From NCBI GenBank assembly GCA_026936335.1, contig JAPMXV010000049.1, positions 534,656 through 598,655 of the forward strand: DNA of 64,000 nucleotides, in the 5' to 3' direction. This document shows, in pieces, positions 13,565-26,357 of the stretch. A program made the position numbers and the translations under genes. The first letter of the stretch is position 1. The number at the start of each line of letters is the position of its first letter. Origin of the DNA: Mantamonas sphyraenae STR306. Lineage: Eukaryota; Protista; CRuMs. Below the pieces are notes generated by a model. It saw nothing but the letters and a program-made list of their open reading frames with translations, had not been told where the DNA came from and did not search any database.

Positions 13565-13695
13565 GCTCGTTGACGGAAAAGGCGTTTGGCTGGGCTGGGC
13601 AACGCATGCACGTACAAACACACACACACACACACTAAGACGAGCGAGCTGAGCCAATCCCCCTTTCATTTTGGTTTCTGTTGACTGGCAGACAA

Positions 13696-14924
13696 TCACA
13701 GCCGCGCAATTGTCTTGCTGGCGTTGACAATGGGAACCACCACTTTGCCGACGTTGGCGCCCTTGTACATGTGATCAATTGCACCGGCGATGCCCTCGAC
13801 ACCTGTGAAACCATGGTCGAGGTCCACACGGCTGACAATCTTTCCCTGGCGCAGCAAATCCTCTTGCGAGGCCACATACTTCTTCCACTCACGGATGAAG
13901 TGATTCAGGAAGAACCCGCGCAGCGAAGCACTCTTGCTGAGGAGTTTGAGCGAGATGGGAGTTTTGCTCTTGCGGGTACCCCACATATGCTCCTCGGTGT
14001 ACGTGCTGATGGACCCGATGGTGATCAGACGCCCGCCCACCGCAAGGTTGTTCAAGGCGGCCTCAAACATGTCGCCTCCCACACACTCGTACACAACGTC
14101 CACACCATCGTCGTACTCGTCGCGCAGCACCGTGTGCAGATCCTCCTTCTTGTAGTCCACCACACGATCACATCCGATGCTCTTGAGAAAGTCGGCCTTG
14201 GCCTTGCTGGAGCACGTTCCGATCACATGACATCCTGCAAGCTTGCCGTACTGGACTGCAAACTGTCCTGTGCCGCCTGCCGCAGCAGTCACAAGCATGA
14301 CGTCGCTCTTGGAATGCTGAAAGTCTGCCATTTTGTCCAGGGAGATTGCCGCCGTGAGGCCACTGACCAGCAGAGGCAGCACATCCGGACTGCACTGCTG
14401 CACAGGGATCACACTGCGTTGATCCACGATTTGATACTCGGTGAAAGTACCTCCGGCTGACGACGAGTCGTTGGGAGGGGGGAGCAAAGTGGGCGACGAG
14501 AGGGTCGGGTCAGCAACGTGGCGTCCGGCAGCTACGACACTCACAAAGACAAAGAGGACACACGAAACACCCATTCTGAGTGCAAAGACGCAACTGCAAA
14601 CGGCTCCCATTGGCTCATCGACCTACTCAGTGTGGCAACGGGTTGGCCCACAGAAACACGCGTGACGTCGTTGCCAACGGCTGCCACGATGCCTACGCTC
14701 TCGAAACCGCAGTCAAACGGTGGTTCCACACCCGGAGTGTAGCGTCCGGCTGTCCAGTTGCGGTCGGAGGCGTTGATGCCCACGTAGCGCGTTTCAACCA
14801 CAACGTCGGTGCCGTCCACCTCCGGCATGTCCACCGTCTCCAGCACGGTAGCTTCACGGAAGTTGGTGCTCAGCTTTTGCACAGTGAGCTTCTGGAAAGT
14901 TTTGGGCAAGAGGCGACGCGACAT
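13696..14924 (-). CDS. PTGR3: Prostaglandin reductase 3 / ZADH2-like MDR oxidoreductase
   Basis: YVGINASD, PPFDCGFE, LLVSGLTAAISL, VTAAAGGTGQFAVQ, GVDVVYECVGG, NVGKVVV; intron at about 14450-14625. Confidence 0.88.
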
Positions 14925-14969
14925 GCAGCGGTGAGAAGGAAAGTGGGCACGACGGCGCAGCTTCGTCAT

Positions 14970-16717
14970 TCAGATTGAGATTGGCATCGGCGTGGAGCCC
15001 GACGACCTCCCTTGCAGGTGTCTCCTGTCCTTCCCACGCTTCTTCTTCCGCTTCTTGGTTGTGGAATGCACTGCGCGTGCAGACGGGGTCGACACATCTT
15101 CGGTTTGCTGCGTGCCGATCTTGGGCGAAGCAATTCCCTGGATATCCCAATAGTCGTCGGGAGGGCGCTCTGGCGAATGGTCTGCACGATGGCGGCTGCA
15201 CTCGTTGCACAGCTCGGCTGCTTCCTGTGTGGAGTAGCCCATGCCACGATAAAACTTGGCGCACTCTGTACACTCGTAGCCGCCCAGTTGCTCGCGTGCC
15301 GCCTTGCCACGCACCACCTCCTTTACACGTGTGGGTACCGTCCTCTCGGGTGCTGCGCTCGTTGCTGGATGGCCACCCAGCACGTCCTTGCCGCCTTTGC
15401 CGATTACAGGCGACGGCTGTGTGGCAGAGACCCCCGATCCTTGCGAGAGCACCAGATCGTCGTCTTCCAACCATCCGCTGTCCTTCAGCTCCTCTGCAAG
15501 CCTGTCTGCGCTTGCTTGGCTGCTTACCACGGCCTCTGTGTCCATCTCTTCAAATAGATGGCGCTTCGAGTGCTTCCGCGCCAACTTGAACTTGCTGCTG
15601 CCCGCGGCGCTGCTGCTTGTACTCCCTACGCTTACACTGGGTGATGGCCCACCTTGCACTGCGCGGCGTGGCCCCGTCCCTCCCACCACTCTGCTTTCCA
15701 GGATGGGGCTGGCTCGGCTCGCCTGCGAAAGAAACATCCTGTCTGCATCCTCATCCTCGTCGTCGTCTTCGCCTTCTCCCTCGTCTCGTGTGCCACGTCC
15801 GCTGATGCCACTCTTTCTTCCCTTGGTTGCAATGCGTGCGTCCCATTCTGCCTCTGCCTCGTAGCTGTTGTCAAACTCGCTAAACCGGCTACCGTCTGCC
15901 ACCTTGTGCCTCTGGTGTGCGTTTACCAGCGCAAGCAACTCTTCATGCTCTCTGTCCTCCTCCTCGTCATCTTCCTCCTCCTCTTCCTTCGCCTCTTCCT
16001 CCGCCGCCCCGTCCTGGTCACGGGTTGTGTTGGCAACCACCCTCTGTCGCTTTGGCGGCGTCTCTGCAACTACCAACACGGCACTTGTCTGCGAGTCCCC
16101 TGCCTCTGCCACTGCCTTTTCAAAGCTGACGTGCTTCGTCGATGACCCGTTGTTCGTGCTCTTGCCTTTTCCGTTCCCCTCCTCGTGATCCAGCTTGCGT
16201 TTCCGCGTGCCACTGCCATGTCGCTTGCGATGGCTGTTCTCACTGGTGCTTGTTGCAGGTGGAGGTGTGTTTCCAAACACCGCTGGCGAGAGCTGTACGG
16301 AGCGCTGAACTGGCGACGACGTCTCCTCGCCTCCTTCCTGCATGTCCTCCTCCTCCCTGTGTCGAGACTGCTCCCGCTCTAACCTGCGCTTGATTCGTGC
16401 GTACTTGTCTCTCCACCGTTGCACCTGCGCTTCCGCTTCGTGAAGCGCCGCGTGCAGGCGGTTTTGTTCTCCCAGCAAGCCCAGCAACCTGTTCGCCTGA
16501 GCCTTCTGCTCACCCACCTGACCCTTTAGCAGTTCGTTCTCCCTCCTCAGAGCTGCATGTATGTCGTGCCGAGTGTTTTGCATGTCGTTCGCCACGTGTG
16601 TCAGCCTCCTTGCCCGACATTGGATCCTTCTCAACACGGTTCCCGAGAACGCGCCAATCGCTCACCTGAGAGTTCCTGCGCCACTCCGTTCTCTACAGCC
16701 TGCTGCAGCGACGCCAT
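14970..16717 (-). CDS. CtIP/Sae2/Com1-like DNA end-resection factor
   Basis: N-terminal coiled coil and C-terminal signature EVVRGK..REQL.G..CxxC.KFY...CSRHR....P..YW. The first exon (16666-16717) is inferred from a GTGAGC donor. Confidence 0.82.
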
Positions 16718-16787
16718 CGCCCCACTCAGCCATCCATGTGTGGTGCCTCCCTCTGCACCACTCCCACGTGCACCCTGCTCATCTGCC

Positions 16788-17671
16788 ATGTCCCTCGGCG
16801 ATTTGACCTGGGTAGGCCGGCGCAATGAGCGCCACCGGAATCAAAAGGTGAGGTTGCTTCCTGTGCCCTCAACCCATCCTCCCACGTTCACAGCGCACGC
16901 TGCGCTCCCCAGCTGTCGCATGCTCTGTGTTCCTCACACTTGCATGGCTGTGCACGGCTTGCCCTCGACCCGCCATTTCCGCCCCCCAAGTTCCGCCCAG
17001 CGCGCTCACACACCCTACGCCGCACTGTCACACCCTCCACATGCGCATGAAATCCCTCCATGTGCGTGATAGACAGTATGAGCGTAACCGAGGACGAGTT
17101 GAACGGCATCGAGACCGTGGAAACGGAGGAGGAAGAGGACGTTGGCGAGCCCATCAAACCGGGCCAGGAAATTGCAGACGAAGGCGTGCCTTTCATCTGG
17201 TCCCAGCGCCTCAAAGAGATCACCATCAAGGCCCCTGTCCCCGAGGGCACCCGTGCAAAGAACATGGACATCCAATGGACAAAGACGGGCCTCAAGGTCG
17301 GTCTCAAAGGCGAGGATCCCCTCATTGACGCCGAATGGTTCAACCCCGTGCGCTACAACGATCTCGAATGGCAGATGGCCGACGGCAACGTCGAAATCGA
17401 GGTGCCAAAGGCTTCCAAGATGTCCTGGTGGGCCCAGGTCCTCAAGGGTTTCCCAGAGATCAACACCCGCCGTCTGGAGCCCGAGACCTCCAAGCTCAGC
17501 GACCTGGATGACGACACCCAGTTTGTGGTTCGCAAAATGATGTTTGACCAGCACGCCAAGGAACACGGCGCACCCACTTCCGACATGCTCAAACAGGCCG
17601 AGGCCCTTGCCAAGTTCAAGGAGAAGCATCCGGACGTCAGCTTCTCCGGCGGTGCACCAGGTTTTGGATGA
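16788..17671 (+). CDS. NUDC: NudC-family CS-domain co-chaperone
   Basis: CS domain (FIWSQRLKEITI..PVP.GT) and NudC C-terminus LSDLDDDTQFVVRKMMFDQ...PTSD...KFKEKHP. The 5' exon structure is uncertain; an alternative start is at 17078. Confidence 0.8.
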
Positions 17672-17795
17672 CCAAGACCGACCGTGCGCGCACACACACC
17701 ACGTCACACCACATCACACCCCAAACAACAACAAACGGGCCCTAACAAACGCGACCTCTTTCCAAATCGATCCTTGATTTCTCTCCCACACAGCC

Positions 17796-20700
17796 TCAAC
17801 GAATCGAAATGATGTCGTTCAACGACCCTGCGCCTGTGTTTCCACCAAAGATCACTACTTTGTGCTCCAGGTCGTCTGTCGTGCTGATACCCTTGCCCTT
17901 GCCCTTGCCTTTGCCGTCTTCGCCCTCGCTTTCCAGCCCCTCCACTCGGAACAGATCTTCGTTGACCATGATCGGCGCAAGACACGCTCCGTACCGTCCC
18001 GCAGGCTCCGTTCCAAACATCTGCACCTTGGTCGACCACGTCTTGCCCGGCACATCAAGAATGTGTACGTCGTGGAACGCGCTGACGCAATCCTTGGTGC
18101 CACCGTACACGAGCATCTGCTTGCCCAGAGCACACGCCACCGCTCCCTCCCGTTCAGACGGCCCATACCCGCCACCCCAGCTTGGGTTGGCTCCACACCG
18201 GTTTGTTCTCGTCTGGACTAAGATAGTACACGTCGTTGCACACTCCCTTTTTCGTTCGGCCGCCAAAAATGACCACCGTTCCGTCCACAACCACCATTGT
18301 GTGCCCCCGTCGTGCCGACGGCTTGGAGCCCTTTGGTTTGATCTTTCCCCACGCAAACTGGTTACATCGCAGCACGTGCAGGTCGTCCAACAGGCCGCTG
18401 TTGTTCTCGCCACCAAAGATGTACAAGTCGTTGCCCACCGTCACCGACGCATGGTGTGCACGCTCTGCCGGCATGTCCCCAGACGTACGCGGGCGCAGCC
18501 ACATGCCCTCCAGCAGATTGAGCACAAACACGTCGTCGGCATACGTTGCGTCCTTGCTGTCCGACGCAAACCTCGTTTGTCCACCGTACACAATCAGCGT
18601 CCGCCCGCCTCCCAATGCATTGGCTGTATGAAAGGCACGAGGGGCAGGATAATCCCCTGTCGCTTCCAATTGGCTCGACCGCCATCCGTCGGTCTCCACA
18701 ACAAATGCATCCTCGTAAAACACTGCCATCTCGTCAAACATGGGATCCACCCCTCCAAACAGTAGGATCTCGCTGCCAAACGCGACCATGGATGCTCCCG
18801 TGCGCGCCTGTGGCACCAGGCCTTTTGTGGCGTGTGTATTCCAGATGGCCGCCAGTGGCTTTTCCTTGGCCAAGCGAATGTTTGTGTTGGCCTTCTTCTT
18901 GCCACGTCCAAACAGCCGCGGTGACGATGTCGATGACGACGATGACGATGACGACGATTCAGAAATCATGCTGTCCCTGTCAAACAGCCCTCGGAAGTTT
19001 TCTGGCTTTTCCATCACCGTCGATCTGCGCCCCATAGGCTGCTCCGACGACTCCCCATCCGAGAAACGCCTGGCTGTCAAGTTCTTCAACAGTTTCGCTT
19101 CCTGACTTGCCATGGTCGTCTCCTCGGAGGCACCGTCGTCATTGCCGTCACTTTGTGTTCCCTCCCCGCCCTCGCTCTTCGCGGCCACCTTGCTCGGCAG
19201 CTCACCCACCCGTTGGGACGTTGGGATCTCCTCTACAGGTGCAGCTGGCATTGTTGGCAAGTCGTCGCCACGGCCAAACAGTCGTGTCAGCCTGTTGCGT
19301 CGCGACTTGGCACGTGGAAACGCTGCCAGGACGTTCTCCTCGTTTGGCTTCTCCACTGCCTTGGCCAGCACCTCTTTCGTCTTTTCGTCCACCTGCATTT
19401 TGGTGTGAGCAACAGATGGACGCCTTCCGCGTGGCGCCGAACGCCCAAGTGTCGGGTGCTCCAGTTCTTTGCTGTCCGATAACGACGACGACGACGACGA
19501 CGTTGACTTGACTGACTTGGGGCTGCCCATCCCAGGCATCATCATCGACAGCTTCAATCCTCTCGAACGCTCTGCAATCGAAGGAGACTGTGTCTGCTGC
19601 TCCTTCGCCTTTGCCTCGGCTTCCGCCTCCGCTTCCGCTGCGGCGGCCTCCAGGACACCTTGAACGCGTTCGTCCACACTCATGGTTGTCTTCTTTGTTG
19701 GTGGCCTGCGCTTTGGCCTGCCTGCGCGACCTTTTGTTGGATGCGACAGTTTCTTGGGTTCCACTGCCTTCTTAATGGGAGGTCCTCCACCTCCCATGCC
19801 TGGCATCATCATGGGCCCGCCCATTGGGATGGCAAGCCCTGCCGCACGGTCTGCAATGGACTTGGAACGTGTGTGGCCTCCGTCGCTGCCTGGCGACCCC
19901 ATGGGGATGGCAAGACCTGCAGCACGTTCTGCGATCGATTTCGTGCGATTGTGGCCGCCGTCACTACCTGGCGAGCCCATCGGGATGGTCAAGCCACCCA
20001 TGCGTGCAGCCACACCCACGTTGGGACTCGAGCTACTGCTGCTGGAGCCTGTGTCTTCCACAGACACGGTCACAGAGGTTGCGATTTCCTCAACAGCCTT
20101 CTGTGCCTCGGCTTCCGCCGCGGATGCGTCCAGAATGCCCTTGACGCGTTCGTCCACACTCATGGTTGTCTTCTTTGTTGGTGGCCTGCGCTTTGGCCTG
20201 CCTGCGCGACCCTTTGTCGGATGCGACAGCTTCTTGGGTTCCGTGGCCTTCTTCTTGATGGGAGGTCCTCCACCTCCCATGCCTGGCATCATCATGGGCC
20301 CACCCATTGGGATAGCAAGGCCTGCCGCACGGTCTGCAATGGACTTGGAACGTGTGTGTCCTCCGTCACTGCCAGGCGAACCCATGGGGATGGCAAGACC
20401 TGCAGCACGTTCTGCGATCGATTTCGTGCGATTGTGGCCTCCATCGCTGTCCATGTTGCTGTTGGGCGAGCTGTCGGACTCGGTTGCTGCTGGCGTTGTC
20501 GAAATCTTGGGTGGCGACTGTGCGCTGAGGGCGCCAAAGTTGCGCAGCTCGCCGAGATCCACGCGCTGGGATCGAGGACGCGCACGTCCACTCTTTACAC
20601 GTTCGATGGCGCTGATGGCTTTCTTTGGCGCAAGTTTGGTCTTGAGGTCCGTATGAAGCTTGTTGAGGTGTTCTCCAAACAGCTCGGTCACGATTGCGTC

Positions 20701-23700
20701 AAAGGTGTCTGCCGGGGCGTCTTCGTCGTTCACCTTGAGCGTGGCTGCTGTGATCAATCCGTAGTCCAAATCCTCGAGGTACGCGTCGCCGTCGTCGTCC
20801 AAGTACGTCTCTGCAATCTGCATGGCCACGTCGTACCGATCTTCCGACTCTTCGTCTTCTGCGCAGATTTGACGGAATCGCGCGGCCAGCTCGAGCAACT
20901 CGAGCGGTTCCACGTCTGCGCTGTGGTCTTTGACGTACGTCCACACGTCTGCCACTTTCAATGCGCTCACGACTGGGTCCTGCCACAGCGCAAGCAAAGG
21001 TCTCAGGGCCTCCAGCTCGGGATCCGGAGTGGCCTCGTCATCATCGTTGGTGTTGTCAGTTGCAACGCGATTATAGACGGGCACAGTCGACTCGGTGGCC
21101 TTTGTCGATTCCACACTCGGTTCAGGTTGGCTCTCGCTCTCCGCTGTGGCTGTGGCAGCCTGTGCTTGTGCAGCCGTGGCATCCAAGACGCTCTGGACAC
21201 GCTCGTCGACGACGACTGTCTTCTTTTTCGTGGGCGGGCGGCGCTTGGGACGGCCTGCGCGTCGACCTTTGGTCGGATGCTCGAGTTTCTTGGGGGCGGC
21301 AGGTTTCTTCTTTGGAGGCGGCCCACCCATTCCTGGCAAACCCATGGGGATGCTGAGGCCAGCTGCACGTTGTGCGACTGTGGAGCCGCGCGCACGCCCG
21401 CCTGCGGCGGGTGGCGACGATTCTGCGCCTCCAGGAACGCCCATGGGAATGTTGAGCCCTGCGGCTCGCTGTGAAATGGTGGCGCCACGTGTGCGTCCTC
21501 CAGACGTAGGTGGAGATGGAGAGCCACCCATGGCCATTCCCATGCCCCCGGGAGCTCCCATGGGGATGTTAAGACTTGCAAGGCGCGAAGCTACTGTCGA
21601 GCCGCGGCCGCGACGTGGAGGTCCACCGTCCTCCGTGTTCTCGTTCTTCTGTGCCGCTTCGGCGGCCTGGGCCACAGCCAAACTGGCCTTGATCTGGTCC
21701 AACTTTGAGGGCAGACGCTCACGCTTCGCGCCGTCGCCGGTGCTCGTTGTGCTCGTTGTGCTTGCTTCGTCGGAAGTGGCCGCATCTTTGCCGTCCTCGT
21801 TTCCCATCGTCCCCGTGGTCTCAGATGTGGACTCTTGGTCCAACGTTGCATGATCAGACGCGACAGATGGGGTGGATACAGGCGGTGAAGCTGACTGGCC
21901 GGGAAAGGGGATGTTCAAGCCGGCGCTGCGGTCGCCCACGCTCGAGGCGCCTCGCTTTCGGCCTCCCGAAGGTGGCGGAGGTGACGGACTTCCCATTGGG
22001 ATGTTGAGGCCTGCAATGCGCGAGGCAACCGTGGAACCACGTCCACGTTGTGGGCTGTTGTTGTCCCGTTCCCGGCTCTGAGCCTCCTGTGCAGCCTGTG
22101 CCACTGCAAGGTTGGCTTTGATTTGATCCAGTTTGGACTGCGAGCGCTGCTTGGGAGCATCTTCTTGCTTCTGTGTTGTCTCTGCCTCTTTGTCGTTGCC
22201 AGATGTGTTTGGTGTCGGCATGCTCTCCTGCGCTGCGGAGGCTGTGTCCACTTGCGCAACATCTGCAGTAGCTGCAGTAGCTGCAGTGGCTGCGGCCTTG
22301 CTGCTGGTGGATTCGTCGTCGGTGTTGCTCACGACTGCGCGGCGTTGCTGATTCAGCGAGCGTTGCAGGTTCAGCAAGCGTGGCATGTGTTTGCTCACTT
22401 GCTTCGTGTCCAGATCCAACTGGACGCCCAGGTTGCACATGTTGCTCTGTCTTCGGTTGCCTTTGCTCTGTTGCCACGCATCAACACGAGTGAACGGCCC
22501 TCGTACGTTCTGCACGTCGCCTTTCACCTGGTTCAGCCTTTCAAACGCCTTTCCCGAGCCACTCTTTTTGGCAATCGACGTGGGGGCGTCCGAGTCGCCG
22601 TATTTGGCCGCCAGGCGCTCGATCTTGCTCGACGATGTCACCAGAGTGTGTGTCTCGTGACTGTACTCCGACAGCATCTGTTCCCACACCTTCCATCCTG
22701 TGCTTCGCGCAGCCTGTTCTTCCTCCTGCCTCTTCCTCTCTGCCTCTTCCTCCTGCCGCTTCCGCTCTGCCTCTTCCTCTTGCCGCTTCCTCTCCGCCTC
22801 TTCCTCCTGCCTCTTCCTCTCTGCCTCTTCCTCCTGCCGCTTCCGCTCCGCCTCTTCCTCTTGCCTCTTCCGCTCCGCCTCCTCCTCCTGCCTCTTCCGC
22901 TCCGCCTCCTCCTCCTGCCTCTTCCGCTCCGCCTCCTCCTCCTGCCTCTTCCGCTCCGCCTCCTCCTCCTGCCTCTTCCTCTCTGCCTCAGCTTCCGCTT
23001 GCATGGTCTTGTACACGGCACGGGCTGCACGACCGCGCTCAAGCCGTTGCAACAGCTGCACGGCTGCTCGCATGTTGCGAAACCCCTTGCGTTGAATGCG
23101 TCCTCGTACGATGCGCTGGATGTTGCGTGCACTACGCTGCTGCCGAGCCTGCTGCCGGCCTTGGTGCCCGCGCACGACGCGCTGCACCTGCATGGCTGCG
23201 TCTCGCTTGGCAACAAACGCGCGTCGTGCACACATACGCCGCACTGCACTTTGTACCACCACAGCTGCTGAAATACGCCGCTTCGCTTCGGCTCGCACAA
23301 GGAACCCGCGTGCAACTGCCTGCATCTTGACCACAGCGACGCGCATCAACTTGAACCGCCGCCTCTGCAGGCACCCACGCAGCCAGCTTTGGATACGTGC
23401 AGCGACATCATGCAGAGCCTCTTTGCGCTTCTCGTCCATCACTGCGTACTTGTCCTCCTTCAGAAACACTTTGCTCTTGCCAAGCAAAAAGTCACCTTCC
23501 TCAAGTCCCGCCGTTTCCAACAGCAACGACACTGCTTGATCGAATCCGTTGCTTGTGTCCAGCTGTTCGCGTCCGGCCACACAGCCATATCGCTCCAGGA
23601 ACTCCAGGTAGTCTCGCCGCACGGGGAAGCCTGCCTTGCGGATGCGAATGGACTCCAGCATGCCTGCGTACCGCAGCTGCCTGAGCACAAGGTCGGCGTC

Positions 23701-26297
23701 AAACAAGCTTGCGCTTTTTTGCATGTTTGGCTTGATGCACCGGATGTAGTGCGTCTCTGTCGCTGCCAGTGTCTTGATCAGCGTGCTCAGCTGTGACTTG
23801 AACTGTCCACCCACAGTCTGCACCTTCTTTCCGCCTGTGCTTCCTCGCTTGCTGCCCGACCTTCCACTATCTTCCGACTTGCTGTTGCTCGATTTGTCAC
23901 CCAGCTCCTGCTGCTTGCGTTCCCACAGCGACAGCTTCTTGGCCGGCTTGGCTGCCTCCTTTGCGGCCGTGGCCTCCTCCTCCTTGCGCCTCGCCTCCTC
24001 CTCCGCTGCCTCTTTGTCCACAAACATGTCGCTAATGAGCGAGAGTTGCGAGGTGCGCATGAGCTTGAGCAGATCGTCTGGCACGCTGTCCTTATTCTTG
24101 TCCAGAAACCCGCGGTTGTGGTAGACCACCTCGCCGGCGTAATGAAGCACACCAAACGAGTCCTTTGACCCGTTGATCGAGTTGTAGTGTGGGTTTTCGC
24201 CGTGGTTTTGGTGCAGCTTTGCCACCAGTGTCTCGTCCGTGGCTTTGGGGAACCGCGACTCTTCGTCCAGGAGAGACAGCACGCCCATCTTGGATTCGAT
24301 CATATGCAAACACTCGACGTTGTCCACAAAATCAATGTCCTGCCAAGTGATACCCTCGTCCTTGTACGCCTGTTGCTCCTGCTTGAAAATGTGGTTGTTG
24401 AACAACTGCTGCAACTTTTCGTTGGCGTAGTTGATGCACAGCTGTTCGAAGGAATTGACATCGAAGCTTTCAAAACCAAAGATGTCTAGGATGCCGATGA
24501 AGTTGGCATAGTCGTCATTGGCCATGACGAGGTTGATCTGCATGATGAGCCAGTCAAACAGCTTGCCGTAGATGTCCTTGCTGAGGGCGTCGCGCGACTC
24601 GATAGCCTTGTCGACGCTGAGGGGGATGGTAAATACCTCGCCGCGCATGGTCATTTCGCGCTGTGTCAGGGCGGTGACGAGTTCGGCCGTGTCGACGCCC
24701 AACAGACTGCATGCTGCCTCGACGGCGTCCATGGCATTAATCTCGGCGCATTCGTTGTTCGACGCGTCCATACGGCCGTCAAAGGAGATGTTGCCCAGAT
24801 GCAGGATGCCGGACAGGATCTGCCAAATTTGAATCTGCAGTTGCGTGTCGATGCCAAGAACGCCCATTGCCGTCTTGAGATCATGAAAATCCTGTGCGTC
24901 GTCCACGTTGTTGACATTGTAGCATTGGCTGCAGTTCAGATAGTGGTAGTCCTCGGGCTGGCCAAGCATGAGCTCCTTTCGCAGGGCAGCGTCTACGCCC
25001 CGCAGAAGCTGGTAGAACACATGGTAGTTGCGCTCACCCACAGCCTGGTAGACCAAACGTGACTTTTCGAGCAGGTAGTTGACTACGTTTGCGCCAACAA
25101 TCTGGCCCGAGCGGTTGAAGAGCACCTTGATGAATTTGCCAAAGCGAGACGAGTTGTCATTGCGCAACGTTTTTGCGTTGCCAAACGCCTCGAGGACAGG
25201 ATTGGCCTGGAGGATCTGATCCTGGACTGTGCTTTGGACACCCGAGCAGGCAGCCATGTACTGTAGGACAATCTTTGTGGCCTCGGTTTTGCCGGCTCCG
25301 CTTTCACCGCTAGGATGCACACGAGGATAGCGTATGGAAGAGTGTGAGTGAGTGAACCATCACAACAGGCATGGAAGACGTGCACGGGGAGGGGGGGGAC
25401 GACGTGGCGAGGCCATGAAGCGTACCTGACAACAAGGGACTGGTCCGCTTCGTGGTCCCTCATGAACGTGTACGCCTTGTCGGCTACTGCGTAGATGTGG
25501 GGGTCGAGATGTTCGTGATGCTCGGCAGTGCGGTATTGAAGCAGGTTGTCGTCGGAATAGAGATGAGTGAAGCGCTGGTATGGGTTGACGGCGACGAGGA
25601 TGGAACCAGTGAAGGTCTGTCGGGAAGGATAGGAGCAAAAAGGGTGAGCCCAGGAAGGAATGTGGTGGAGCAACGGGCAATTGACATGCAGGAGAGGGTG
25701 ACATGGGGAGTGTTATGTGTGGGGAATGGGTGGCGAGAAAGAGGGCAGTGGATGGGCGAGAGAAACGGAGCAACGAACGTAGATGGCGTCTTTGGCGAAG
25801 CGAAGGCGCAGGTTGTGAAGAATCGTGCCCTCGGAGAGGTCTGCCAGAGCAACCATGTCTTGAACATCGTGCATGCTAGACGGGTGGACCGTTTCCATGG
25901 TTTCTGCGTCTTCGAGTTGCACGACATGTTGCTGCGGGACGCGGCGAGGGGTAAGCGGGGGCGAAGAGGGCAAGGACGGCGGTGGAATGGGCACGCGGAA
26001 ACAAACAGCGCCAGGGAACATGCAACGTGGGCACGGCACGGCATTTTTGGGGTGGGTAGCACAGGGTGACGGACAAGCGTGCATGCCATGGTAGGGAGTT
26101 GGCGAGCAAGGGGCACGATACAAGAGAGGTGGAGGCCAGGAACACGGAGTTGGGTCGTGTCTGGTCAAGACAAAACTCACCTGGCCGGCTTCGTCCTCAA
26201 ACAGCAGGGCCTCGTCCTGCTTGCCAACTAATTTGACTGGCAAGTAGTCGGGCTGGAGCCAAAACCAGGCCCCCATGGTCATGTAGGCGCTGGACAT
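17796..26297 (-). CDS. Unconventional myosin: motor-IQ repeats-SAH-low-complexity tail with CPI motifs-RGS-like domain-Kelch propeller
   Basis: GESGAGKT, LEAFGNAKTLRNDNSSRFGK, DIFGFE, YIRCIKPN; multiple IQxxxRG motifs; Kelch repeats (FGG/YGG, P.PR..H). Several 5' introns. An apparent +1 indel in a G-run near 18175-18178 interrupts the last Kelch repeats. Confidence 0.92.
19660..20450. repeat. Near-identical internal duplication (about 310 bp, period about 480 bp) in myosin tail
   Basis: 19660-19975 versus 20140-20450; both encode SDGGHNRTKSIAERAAGLAIPMG...KKLSHPTKGRAGRPKRRPPTKKTTMSVDERV. Confidence 0.9.
22717..22986. repeat. 27-bp coding tandem repeat, about 10 copies (AERKRQEEE); single alpha-helix lever extension
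   Basis: Direct reading of the repeat and its E/R/K-periodic translation immediately after the IQ motifs. Confidence 0.9.
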
Positions 26298-26357
26298 GGC
26301 GAGGGGCTTGCGTTGGGGCGCAGGGCGAGCCAGAGCCAAACGCGTGCCGGAGCTGTG

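Noticed and set aside
18170-18182. Frame break in the myosin Kelch region, considered as a programmed frameshift or pseudogenisation
   Set aside because: Removing one base from a 4-G run (minus strand) restores KLGGGYGPSEREG. A homopolymer sequencing error is the simplest explanation; read pile-ups would settle it.
22717-22986. Regular 27-bp repeats as a CRISPR-like array
   Set aside because: There are no spacers; it is an in-frame coding repeat producing an SAH helix.
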